Both the position numbers and the translations under genes were made by a program. Below are positions 7,794-14,865 of a stretch of 32,000 nucleotides of DNA, piece by piece; position 1 is the stretch's first letter; every line of letters begins with the position of its first letter. Source of the stretch: Thermoproteales archaeon (lineage in GTDB: Archaea > Thermoproteota > Thermoprotei > Thermoproteales > Thermocladiaceae); NCBI GenBank assembly GCA_027036495.1, contig JALWFJ010000069.1, positions 72,669 to 104,668 of the forward strand, in the 5' to 3' direction. The notes below the pieces were generated by a model, which saw only the letters and a program-made list of their open reading frames with translations, ran no database searches and was not told where the DNA came from.

Positions 7794-9107
7794 TCACCAC
7801 GTGGGGAGCCTACCTGTCATGCAGTAAGTACACACCTGGTCCTTATCAACATTGAACTTCTCGAACGCCTCGTATAGGTCATCTAGTGTTGCAAAAGTTA
7901 CGGAGTCTGCATCTAGCACTCTCGGTAGGTCCTCTAAGCTGACGTTTGCACAGAGAAGCTCCTCTCTAGGAGGAATATCCATCCCAAAAGGACACTCATA
8001 CCTTATTGGTGGCGACGCAACGAGCACGTGTACCTCACGTACACCTACTCTGTTCCTTATGTACTGTATTATGTTTCTTAGTGTTATACCCTTGAGAAGA
8101 CTGTCATCTACAAGCAAGATAGATCTGCCCTGCATTACGCACCTAATAGGAGACATCTTGAGCTGAACTCCAATGAGTCTCTCTAGGTAGTCTTGAACCA
8201 GGGCTGACCTTATTCTTCTTCCAGTCTGCACGAATCCGAAGCTGAAGTCTCTGCCGATGTGCTTAGCAATCTCTACGGCATAGACTACGCCGGTCTCAGG
8301 AACGCCGATCACGACATCTACGGATAGTGGAGCTCTTCTGGACACTGTCTGGCTAAGCGTTCTTCTAAAGTCGTACACAGGTATTTCATCTATGGTGCTG
8401 TCAAGCCTTGAGTAGTATATGTACTCTAGAGCACAGTACTTTCTTCTATGAAGATCCTGTACTCTCGATCTCTCAACTAGGTACTTTGTGAAGCACATTG
8501 CGGATCCAGGAGGCATGTCTGCCCTAGGATCACCTCCAATGCACTCTATCGCACAGGGTTCTGTTGAGATAATGCCTAGATCGAACCCATATGCCCCCAC
8601 ATGCAGGGGCTTAAGCCCTGAGGGATCTCTGTAAACATAGAGCTCTCCGTCCTCGGTCAAGAGGACAAAGGATATTGGTCTTTGAATCTCTCTGCTGAGC
8701 ACATTAAGCTTCTCTACTCCCTCGTCGAGGTCTCTCTTGAGCTCAGGTAAGACCTTACTAATCTTCTCTAGATCTCTTTCAGGCAGATCAACATAGAATA
8801 CACATATGCACTCCTTAGAGCCAATATGCACTCTCTTTACCACCCTTCCCACAGTTGAGTAAACCCATCCAAGCCCTATCCAACCCTCCCTACCTACAAG
8901 TTCCTCAACATTGAACGCCACATCGACGTATCCGATGTTTGACTCTAGCAGTGATAGACCTCTACCCGAAAAGAGACACATCCCACACCCAGCTTGTCCT
9001 CTATGGTTGAGTGCCATTATGCCATAGTAAACAACCTTAGCTACACGCCACATCTCATCAAATGCGTACACTGCAAAGATTCCAGTCACAGGCTCAGCAC
9101 TACGCAT
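7794..9107 (-). CDS. Amidophosphoribosyltransferase (PurF) paralog with degenerate glutaminase domain
   Basis: The 437-aa ORF is collinear with the adjacent purF (HRGQAGCGM vs HRGQEGAGI; GVPETG; LLVDDSLLKGITL vs LIDDSLVRGTTL; ASPPIRYECPFGMDIP; CTYCMTGRLP). It has PVTGIF where the N-terminal nucleophile MCGI should be. It also lacks the FNG oxyanion motif. Confidence 0.75.
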   Translation of the reverse strand: MRSAEPVTGIFAVYAFDEMWRVAKVVYYGIMALNHRGQAGCGMCLFSGRGLSLLESNIGYVDVAFNVEELVGREGWIGLGWVYSTVGRVVKRVHIGSKECICVFYVDLPERDLEKISKVLPELKRDLDEGVEKLNVLSREIQRPISFVLLTEDGELYVYRDPSGLKPLHVGAYGFDLGIISTEPCAIECIGGDPRADMPPGSAMCFTKYLVERSRVQDLHRRKYCALEYIYYSRLDSTIDEIPVYDFRRTLSQTVSRRAPLSVDVVIGVPETGVVYAVEIAKHIGRDFSFGFVQTGRRIRSALVQDYLERLIGVQLKMSPIRCVMQGRSILLVDDSLLKGITLRNIIQYIRNRVGVREVHVLVASPPIRYECPFGMDIPPREELLCANVSLEDLPRVLDADSVTFATLDDLYEAFEKFNVDKDQVCTYCMTGRLPTW

Positions 9108-9153
9108 CGATTTAAAAGCACTTTTCTAGACGCTTCGTATCTCAGAGTTAGAA

Positions 9154-9161
9154 GTTTAAAC
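9154..9161 (+). promoter_or_regulatory. TATA box (GTTTAAAC) for purF
   Basis: The box lies about 34 nt upstream of ATG 9192. Because it is palindromic, it might also serve the divergent paralog. Confidence 0.45.
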
Positions 9162-9191
9162 ACTCGTTTAAGCAACACTCACCCAGTAGTA

Positions 9192-10574
9192 ATGTGTGGA
9201 ATAGCTGCATGTGTAGGATCTTCCTGCTCTGCTCTCCTAGTCAAGCATATGCTAATCCAGCTTCAACACAGGGGGCAAGAGGGGGCAGGCATTGCTTGGC
9301 TGACACATGATGGAGACATAAAGGTGTTGAAGAACTTTGGATATGTTCACTCAGCACTTCCAGACATATGTGAGCATACTCCTGTTGCAATTGGTCATGT
9401 CAGATACTCTACTACAGGTACCTACCTGAAAAACATCGAGGAGCTTCATCCCTTTGTCGTGGGAAATGGTGACGCAAAGATAGCGTTTGCATTTAACGGA
9501 ACAATACTTAACTATAAGATCGTAAGAAAAGAACTTCAACAATACTATGATTTTGTTACAGACACAGACACTGAGGTGTTTGCTAAGCTAATACACCTTG
9601 AGTATCGCAGAACGGGAAACCTTGCTGAGGCGGTACTCAAGGCAATGAGCAAGGTCTTAGGCTCATACTCGATAGTCGTGTTGTCAAGAGACAGGCTTGT
9701 AATTGCTCGTGACCCCCTAGGCTTCAAGCCTCTCTCCTACTATGTGGATGAGGAGATCTTTCTCATGGCATCTGAGAGCTCAGCCATAACTACGCTCCTG
9801 GAGGTCTCCACTCAGGAAGTTCGTGAGGTCTCCCCGGGCGAGGTAATAGAGCTCAAGCTAAATCTAGAGCACAACGTGTACCGGTGCAGCAGCAATCACC
9901 ACAGGATGGCTCACTGCGTGTTTGAGTATGTGTATTTTGCTCGTCCAGACACAGTATTCAACGGAGTGTATGTGTATGATGCTAGAAAGAGAATGGGCAT
10001 GTTGCTTGCGGAGGATGAGCAAAAACATGTAGACGTGGTCGTGCCGGTACCAGAGACAGGCAGACCTGCTGCATACGGCTTTGCTCAGAGACTGAGACTT
10101 CCTGTAGAGGATGCACTGATCAAGCTGAGATATCTTGGAAGAAGCTTTATAATGCCTAAAGAGCTCAGGACGCAGATTGCACGATTTGGAATAGTCGAGA
10201 GCGTCATTAAGAAGAAGAGAGTCGCCCTTATAGATGATTCCCTTGTCAGAGGAACAACCCTGAGAGGACTCGTGAGCAAGCTGAGAAGTGCTGGTGCCTC
10301 AGAGGTTCATGTAAGAATAGCAAGTCCACCAATAAGGTATCCATGCTTCATGGGAATAGACTTTCCTACCCGAAGCGAGCTAATTGCCCACAATAGGACA
10401 GAGGAGAAGGTGCGTGAGATTCTAGGTGCTGACACGTTACGCTACCTCAGCATTGATAAGCTAGTTGAGGCTGTTGGCTTGAGCGAGAAGGATCTGTGCA
10501 TGGCTTGCTTCACGGGTAAGTACCCAATACCGGTGAGTCTTGATCTACAGGAAGAGCTCTTTAAGCGGTACTAG
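9192..10574 (+). CDS. purF: Amidophosphoribosyltransferase
   Basis: I set the start at MCGIAAC, because the class II (Ntn) amidotransferase needs Cys directly after the initiator Met. The ORF has HRGQEGAGI, FAFNGTILN, the PRPP loop LIDDSLVRGTT, and C-terminal Cys ligands CMACFTGKYP. The 66 upstream codons in the track ORF overlap the divergent gene and its promoter. Confidence 0.9.
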   Translation: MCGIAACVGSSCSALLVKHMLIQLQHRGQEGAGIAWLTHDGDIKVLKNFGYVHSALPDICEHTPVAIGHVRYSTTGTYLKNIEELHPFVVGNGDAKIAFAFNGTILNYKIVRKELQQYYDFVTDTDTEVFAKLIHLEYRRTGNLAEAVLKAMSKVLGSYSIVVLSRDRLVIARDPLGFKPLSYYVDEEIFLMASESSAITTLLEVSTQEVREVSPGEVIELKLNLEHNVYRCSSNHHRMAHCVFEYVYFARPDTVFNGVYVYDARKRMGMLLAEDEQKHVDVVVPVPETGRPAAYGFAQRLRLPVEDALIKLRYLGRSFIMPKELRTQIARFGIVESVIKKKRVALIDDSLVRGTTLRGLVSKLRSAGASEVHVRIASPPIRYPCFMGIDFPTRSELIAHNRTEEKVREILGADTLRYLSIDKLVEAVGLSEKDLCMACFTGKYPIPVSLDLQEELFKRY

Positions 10575-10588
10575 TGGACAGGTAGTGA

Positions 10589-11038
10589 CTACAGTCTTGT
10601 ACGGCTCTCGACGGCCTTCTTGAGCAGCTTGACTGCTCTGAAATATCCAAGTCCTGCCAGTGGTGCACGAATAATCTTGTCAGGAAAGACTCTTCTACAC
10701 ACCTCGACGTATCTACTGCCCCCAAGCACAGTTATCACCGAGTATCGGGTCAATCCAAGGCTATCTGCTTGTCTCCTTAGAGAAGATATTAAACTCTTAG
10801 TGATGACAATGTTGCGGAAAGTCTTGTCATACGGCTCTATCAGCATGTCTGGCCTAATAAACCCATACTTAGCAGATAGTATGTACCAGTGGTCTCTGTA
10901 AAACAGCTCTGCGTACGTAATTGCAAGCCTGGTCAGTAAGCCACAGTAAGCCTCTCTTGCTGGCCTCTCTCCTAGGTGTGGCCATCTGTCCCAGACCTTT
11001 CTCTTGCTACAGGCAACAATGCAGGCCTCCATGCTCAC
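10589..11038 (-). CDS. Conserved hypothetical protein (ACSKRK ... SAKYGF motifs), function unknown
   Basis: The 149-aa ORF has normal coding composition. Motifs are CIVACSKRK near the N-terminus and YILSAKYGFIRPDMLIEPYDKTF. I vaguely associate this pattern with a DUF family (DUF6884-like) but cannot verify that. Confidence 0.5.
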   Translation of the reverse strand: MSMEACIVACSKRKVWDRWPHLGERPAREAYCGLLTRLAITYAELFYRDHWYILSAKYGFIRPDMLIEPYDKTFRNIVITKSLISSLRRQADSLGLTRYSVITVLGGSRYVEVCRRVFPDKIIRAPLAGLGYFRAVKLLKKAVESRTRL

Positions 11039-11094
11039 CTACGAGGACAGCTTTAGAGAAGACTTACAATCTTGCCTAGGCGTGTTCAAGTCGT

Positions 11095-12135
11095 ATGGAT
11101 GAGTCATGGACGTATGCGAGAGCTGGTGTTGACTTAGCTAAGCACAGAGCGATGCATAGCACTGCACACGAAATCATACTTGACCTCTCGCGTAAGCTAG
11201 GAGTGGAGGTACATGAGCTTGAAGGGTATGCACCCTATGTCAAGATGGGCAATCTTGAGCTAACGGTTCACGCTGATGGGGTTGGTACAAAGGTGATAGT
11301 ACTTCAGCAGACGGGTAGGCTTCACGTAGCCGGATGGGATGCCATGGCAATGAACCTGAACGATGTCGTGTGTGGAGGCTTTAGACCAGTAATTGCGTCG
11401 CTGTATGTTGCCCTTCCAGAGAGCAATGAGGTTATGTTCAGAGAGATCATGAGAGGTGTGCATAAGGCTGCTGAGACAGGAAGAGTCATGGTGATTGGAG
11501 GAGAGACTGCAATACTTCCAGATGTCCTATCTTACCCAGATGTGTGTTGTTTTGTTGTTGCTAAGCGTGAGTTTAAGCCTCAGAACATACGTGAGGGAGA
11601 CATAGTGATAGGTGTTGAGAGTAATGGTCTTCATGCTAATGGATACACACTTGCTAGAAAGGTTCTACTGAGCAAGTTCAAACTCGACGAGTACATACCA
11701 GAACTAGGTACTACACTAGGAGAGGAACTATCTCGAGAAACGTACATATACTCCAACCTAGTGCTGGAACTGTACGAGAGAGGACTAATAAGAGCCGCGG
11801 CTCACATCACCGGTGGTGCGTTCACAAAGCTAAAGCGTCTCACTAAGCTCCTAGCAGATAACCGTGTCGATATAGTCCTGAACTCGCTTCCTGAACCTAA
11901 ACCAATATTCAAGATTATTCAGTGTGAAGGAAGAGTAGAAGATGAGGAGATGTACAGAGTGTTCAACATGGGCATAGGTCTAGTTCTTGTAGCTGGACCT
12001 GAACACGTAGAGGAGGTAGTTAGCGCGTGTAGAAGACATGGGTATGAGGCAAAGATGATAGGCAAGGTCGAGAAAGGGATAGGCAGAGTAAAGATAGTAG
12101 TTCCCGGCTCGGGAAAAGTAATAACGTATGACTGA
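11095..12135 (+). CDS. purM: Phosphoribosylformylglycinamidine cyclo-ligase (AIR synthetase)
   Basis: The 346-aa ORF has the N-terminal YARAGVD, then DGVGTK, and the size and layout of the PurM N- and C-domains. Confidence 0.85.
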   Translation: MDESWTYARAGVDLAKHRAMHSTAHEIILDLSRKLGVEVHELEGYAPYVKMGNLELTVHADGVGTKVIVLQQTGRLHVAGWDAMAMNLNDVVCGGFRPVIASLYVALPESNEVMFREIMRGVHKAAETGRVMVIGGETAILPDVLSYPDVCCFVVAKREFKPQNIREGDIVIGVESNGLHANGYTLARKVLLSKFKLDEYIPELGTTLGEELSRETYIYSNLVLELYERGLIRAAAHITGGAFTKLKRLTKLLADNRVDIVLNSLPEPKPIFKIIQCEGRVEDEEMYRVFNMGIGLVLVAGPEHVEEVVSACRRHGYEAKMIGKVEKGIGRVKIVVPGSGKVITYD

Positions 12136-12164
12136 CATTCTAAAACCGATGAACTAGACGTAGG

Positions 12165-12172
12165 GAATATAG
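12165..12172 (+). promoter_or_regulatory. Possible TATA element (GAATATAG) for the K-turn hairpin RNA
   Basis: This A/T-rich octamer is centred about 30 nt upstream of the hairpin base at 12199. It is the only A/T-rich element in an otherwise GC-rich spacer. Confidence 0.3.
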
Positions 12173-12198
12173 CACAGCTCTACTAGGACGCTATCCTG

Positions 12199-12246
12199 GA
12201 ACCCGCACGAGACCTCCGTTAGGGGAGGGTCAGTGAGTGCGGGTTC
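12199..12246 (+). ncRNA. GC-rich hairpin with a canonical K-turn (candidate L7Ae-binding sRNA, possibly H/ACA-like)
   Basis: A perfect 10-bp stem forms between GAACCCGCAC (12199-12208) and GTGCGGGTTC (12237-12246). Next comes an asymmetric internal loop, GA on the 5' strand and AGTGA on the 3' strand. Above it is a 7-bp stem (GACCTCC with GGAGG-G-TC, one bulged G) capped by the loop GTTAGG. The internal loop matches a K-turn: a 3-nt bulge (AGT) followed by tandem G.A/A.G pairs. This holds only for the plus-strand transcript. The element lies in the spacer between convergent purM and thiI. Confidence 0.5.
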
Positions 12247-12273
12247 ATGCACGCCGGACACTCTCTCTTACTT

Positions 12274-13719
12274 CTATTGCCTGACAAGGCTGTATGCCTT
12301 GTATCCAAGCTCTCTCAGTTTGAGTGCTACATACCTGGCTGTCAGTGGAGATGTACAGTACACAAGGTATATCCTATCCCTGCCCAGTCTGTGTGCTATA
12401 TTGAACACATCATCTATGCTAGTCTCTACGATCTCAGCACCAGTAACATCTAGTCTAGGTATCTTTTTCTCGCGTATGTCTAGTATTATTGCTCCTTCAG
12501 GTACGTCGCGTATGTCTAAATCGTGAACTTTCTGTTCTAGAGTCATGATTAGTTTTCTAAGATCTGATCCGCGTAGAACAGTGATCTCTCTCAGTGCCCT
12601 GTTAACTACGTGTTTTACCTTACTAAACTCTATCCTAACTTCCTCGGGAGTAGACCACGTCTTAGGTCTTGTGGAGAATATAGCACAGTACTCCGCTACC
12701 TGGCAGCTGTACTCGTAAGTTCCTATCTGTCGTGCCTTCTCTATTATCTCGTCCTTATCAAACCCTGCAAGTGGTCTGAGTACTGGCACTCTGAGCCCAA
12801 ACTCTGAGCTATACATGTTGTCGAGAGTCTGAGACGAAACCTGGCCAATAACGTCTCCAGTAATTAGTGCACGATAGCCATTTCTTAGAGCTATGGTCTC
12901 GGCTATGTAGTAGAGACATCTCTTGTATACCACGTTCCATAGCTCTACTTTCACGTTTTCTCTGATCTCTCTAACCAGTATCTCGGAATGTACGACGTAG
13001 ATCTTGGGGTCATAGCCTATACACCATTTATCCACTAGCACGTCTATCACTCTAAGTGCTGGTAAAAGGTCAAGCTCTCCTGCTAGAGACACGGTAAGGA
13101 AATCTACCATGACTCCTCTCCTCATGACATACCATGCCGCTACTGGCGAGTCAAACCCTCCTGACACGAGGGCAAGAGCTTTACCCTCGGATCCTAGTGG
13201 TAAGCCGCCAGGTCCACGTATCTCCTCAGTGAAGAAGAATGCCCTGTTATGTCTTATCTCTACTTTCAGCTCAACATCGGGTCTCTCTAAGTCTACACCT
13301 TTTGCAAACTTAAGTAAGGCTTCTCCAACTCTTGCTTCAACGTCCTTGCTCGTAAACTCGTGTTTACCAACTCTGTGACATCTTACAGCGAATGTTCTGT
13401 TTTTAACGAGATCTGCCCAGAGAGTAACTGCTGTCTCTACAATGTCGTCGATGGTTCTAAAGAGCGTCTCTACTGCAGGAGACAGTGACTTTATCCCAAA
13501 GACCCTGCGAAGGACGCTTATCACCTCGTTGCTCTGAGCAGGATCTCCCAGGTAGACATAGATTCTGCCTTCCTCTCTGCATACCTTAACCCCCTCCCGT
13601 AGCTTGCTTCTCTCAAGACCACTGAGAATGTTTGATATCAGTCTACGCTCGAGCTCTGATCTTATTCTTCCAGTCTTAACAGCAATCTCGCCGTATCGCA
13701 CAATTATGACGTGTCTCAT
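12274..13719 (-). CDS. thiI: tRNA 4-thiouridine synthase ThiI with C-terminal rhodanese-like domain
   Basis: The 481-aa ORF has an N-terminal ferredoxin-like/THUMP region and the PP-loop SGGFDSPVAAW. Its C-terminal ~85 aa (ILDIREK...LVYCTSPLTAR...LGY) look like a rhodanese domain with a loop cysteine. Confidence 0.85.
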   Translation of the reverse strand: MRHVIIVRYGEIAVKTGRIRSELERRLISNILSGLERSKLREGVKVCREEGRIYVYLGDPAQSNEVISVLRRVFGIKSLSPAVETLFRTIDDIVETAVTLWADLVKNRTFAVRCHRVGKHEFTSKDVEARVGEALLKFAKGVDLERPDVELKVEIRHNRAFFFTEEIRGPGGLPLGSEGKALALVSGGFDSPVAAWYVMRRGVMVDFLTVSLAGELDLLPALRVIDVLVDKWCIGYDPKIYVVHSEILVREIRENVKVELWNVVYKRCLYYIAETIALRNGYRALITGDVIGQVSSQTLDNMYSSEFGLRVPVLRPLAGFDKDEIIEKARQIGTYEYSCQVAEYCAIFSTRPKTWSTPEEVRIEFSKVKHVVNRALREITVLRGSDLRKLIMTLEQKVHDLDIRDVPEGAIILDIREKKIPRLDVTGAEIVETSIDDVFNIAHRLGRDRIYLVYCTSPLTARYVALKLRELGYKAYSLVRQ

Positions 13720-13794
13720 AATTCTAACCTGCAGATACTTACCCGTCTCTTACACGTAGTTAAACCTAAATCTTTGTTTTACCTACACTTTAGA

Positions 13795-14127
13795 ATGACA
13801 ACGATAAGCTACGACGAGTTCTCAAAGCTTGACATTAGAATTGGCCAAGTATTAAAGGCCGAGCAGATCAAGGGATCAAGAAAGCTTCTACGACTTGAGG
13901 TAGATGTTGGCGGAGAGGTAAGGCAGATCGTTGCTGGCATAGCAGAGTTCTATAGACCAGAAGATGTTGTAGGAAGAAAGGTTGTTGTGCTTGTCAACCT
14001 GCAGCCAAAGGTCATATTTGGTGTTGAGTCACAGGGGATGCTGCTAGCTGCAGACGTGAATAACAGGCCATACCTGTTAACGGTGGATAGGCCTCATGAG
14101 GTTCCGCCAGGAGCAAAGGTGAGGTAG
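13795..14127 (+). CDS. tRNA-binding domain protein (Trbp111/CsaA/EMAP-like OB fold)
   Basis: The product is 110 aa from the internal ATG (MTTISYDEFSKLDIRIGQVLKAE...KLLRLEVDVGGE..RQIVAGI...VVVLVNLQP....G.ESQGMLLAA). This is the typical tRNA_bind signature. The upstream 28 codons of the track ORF overlap the thiI start and promoter. Confidence 0.8.
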   Translation: MTTISYDEFSKLDIRIGQVLKAEQIKGSRKLLRLEVDVGGEVRQIVAGIAEFYRPEDVVGRKVVVLVNLQPKVIFGVESQGMLLAADVNNRPYLLTVDRPHEVPPGAKVR

Positions 14128-14128
14128 C

Positions 14129-14476
14129 ATGGATAAGCCAAAGATAGTACACTGGAAGGACGTACCTCCATTACACCCAATAGAGGGAAACTTCAAAGTC
14201 AGGATGAGAATCCTGATAGAGGAGAGAGACGCGCCCAACTACATAATGAGAATATTTGAGGTCGACCCTGGAGGAGAAATACCTCAACACGCACATCCCT
14301 GGGAGCATGAGATCTTTGTCCTCCAGGGAACACTGCGCCTAAAGATTGGTGACAAGGAGTACATAGTGAAGGAGGGACACGCAATATACATACCACCCAA
14401 CGTTCCTCACGAGTACAGGAACATAGGTGAGGGCGTAGCAGTATTCTTATGTACCATACCCAAGGTGAAGAAGTGA
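14129..14476 (+). CDS. Cupin-domain protein
   Basis: The 115-aa ORF has the two cupin motifs (GGEIPQHAHPWEHEIFVLQG and IYIPPNVPHEYRN). Its start is 1 nt after the upstream stop, so it is probably in an operon with the tRNA-binding protein. Confidence 0.75.
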   Translation: MDKPKIVHWKDVPPLHPIEGNFKVRMRILIEERDAPNYIMRIFEVDPGGEIPQHAHPWEHEIFVLQGTLRLKIGDKEYIVKEGHAIYIPPNVPHEYRNIGEGVAVFLCTIPKVKK

Positions 14477-14557
14477 GGAGCTAGTCTACGAGAACGTTTA
14501 GTGACGACTAAGAAGTCACCGCCAGAGTCTAATAATCGCGACTCAGAGTCCGTCCCG

Positions 14558-14618
14558 TACAAGGTGATGACATGTCATTGGGCTGATCAAGGATGAGACC
14601 GCGGTTCGCTGAAGAAAG
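14558..14618 (+). ncRNA. C/D box sRNA (2'-O-methylation guide)
   Basis: The plus strand reads GTGATGA (C, 14564-14570), catgtcattggg (12 nt), CTGA (D', 14583-14586), tca, aGGATGA (C', 14590-14596), gaccgcggttcg (12 nt), CTGA (D, 14609-14612). An A/T-rich ctaataat sits about 30 nt upstream. The ends given are approximate. Confidence 0.8.
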
Positions 14619-14619
14619 G

Positions 14620-14631
14620 TTTTTATTAAAA
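14620..14631 (+). promoter_or_regulatory. TATA box (TTTTTATTAAAA) for tRNA-Gly
   Basis: The element is centred about 30 nt upstream of the mature tRNA 5' end at 14656. Confidence 0.55.
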
Positions 14632-14655
14632 GTCAAGCTTAGGTAGAGCGGGACC

Positions 14656-14734
14656 GCGGCCGTAGTCTAGCCTGGTCTAGGATGGCGGCCTGCCGAGCCG
14701 CTGAACCCGGGTTCAAATCCCGGCGGCCGCACCA
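14656..14734 (+). tRNA. tRNA-Gly (anticodon GCC), genomically encoded CCA, no intron
   Basis: I folded the cloverleaf by hand. The acceptor stem is GCGGCCG/CGGCCGC. The D arm is GUCU..GGAU around an AGCCUGGUCUA loop. The anticodon stem is GCGGC/GCCGC with the loop CU-GCC-GA. The variable loop is UGAAC, the T arm is CCGGG-UUCAAAU-CCCGG, the discriminator is A, and CCA follows. Confidence 0.9.
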
Positions 14735-14804
14735 ACAAACAACTCGAAAACTTGTCTAGGTCCCTTTTCTAGATTTGGGTCTATTGTGAAATGAGGCTAT
14801 CTCT

Positions 14805-14865
14805 TTTGATGTGATGAGTAAACGGTCAACTGATAGCTGATGAAAGTTCGCGGGACTGACTCTCT
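14805..14865 (+). ncRNA. C/D box sRNA (2'-O-methylation guide)
   Basis: The plus strand reads GTGATGA (C, 14811-14817), gtaaacggtcaa (12 nt), CTGA (D', 14830-14833), tagc, TGATGA (C', 14838-14843), aagttcgcggga (12 nt), CTGA (D, 14856-14859). The 12-nt spacing is exact for both guides. The ends given are approximate. Confidence 0.85.

Noticed and set aside
8994-9191. The track shows a 66-codon N-terminal extension on the purF ORF.
   Set aside because: Class II amidotransferases need Cys directly after the initiator Met, and MCGI begins at 9192. The extension overlaps the divergent paralog and both TATA elements, and its sequence looks non-coding.
12247-12260. An ACA trinucleotide lies 11 nt after the K-turn hairpin. 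I considered whether this makes it a canonical H/ACA sRNA.
   Set aside because: No 5' sequence is complementary to the 3' flank, so no lower stem or closed pseudouridylation pocket can form. I therefore list it only as an H/ACA-like hypothesis, not a canonical call.
12545-12568. A C/D-like pattern, ATGATTA followed 12 nt later by CTGA, lies on the plus strand inside thiI.
   Set aside because: The C box lacks the essential GA (it reads ...TTA). No acceptable C'/D pair follows, and the pattern lies antisense within a coding region. Several other isolated (A/G)TGATGA heptamers inside genes (for example near 10801, 22210, 26955, 27688 and 31503) also lack a CTGA at 10-12 nt.
14656-14865. tRNA-Gly could be an integration site for a mobile element.
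   Set aside because: There is no integrase, no duplicated tRNA 3' segment (att repeat) and no compositional shift downstream. The downstream sequence is accounted for by a C/D sRNA and the arcade operon.
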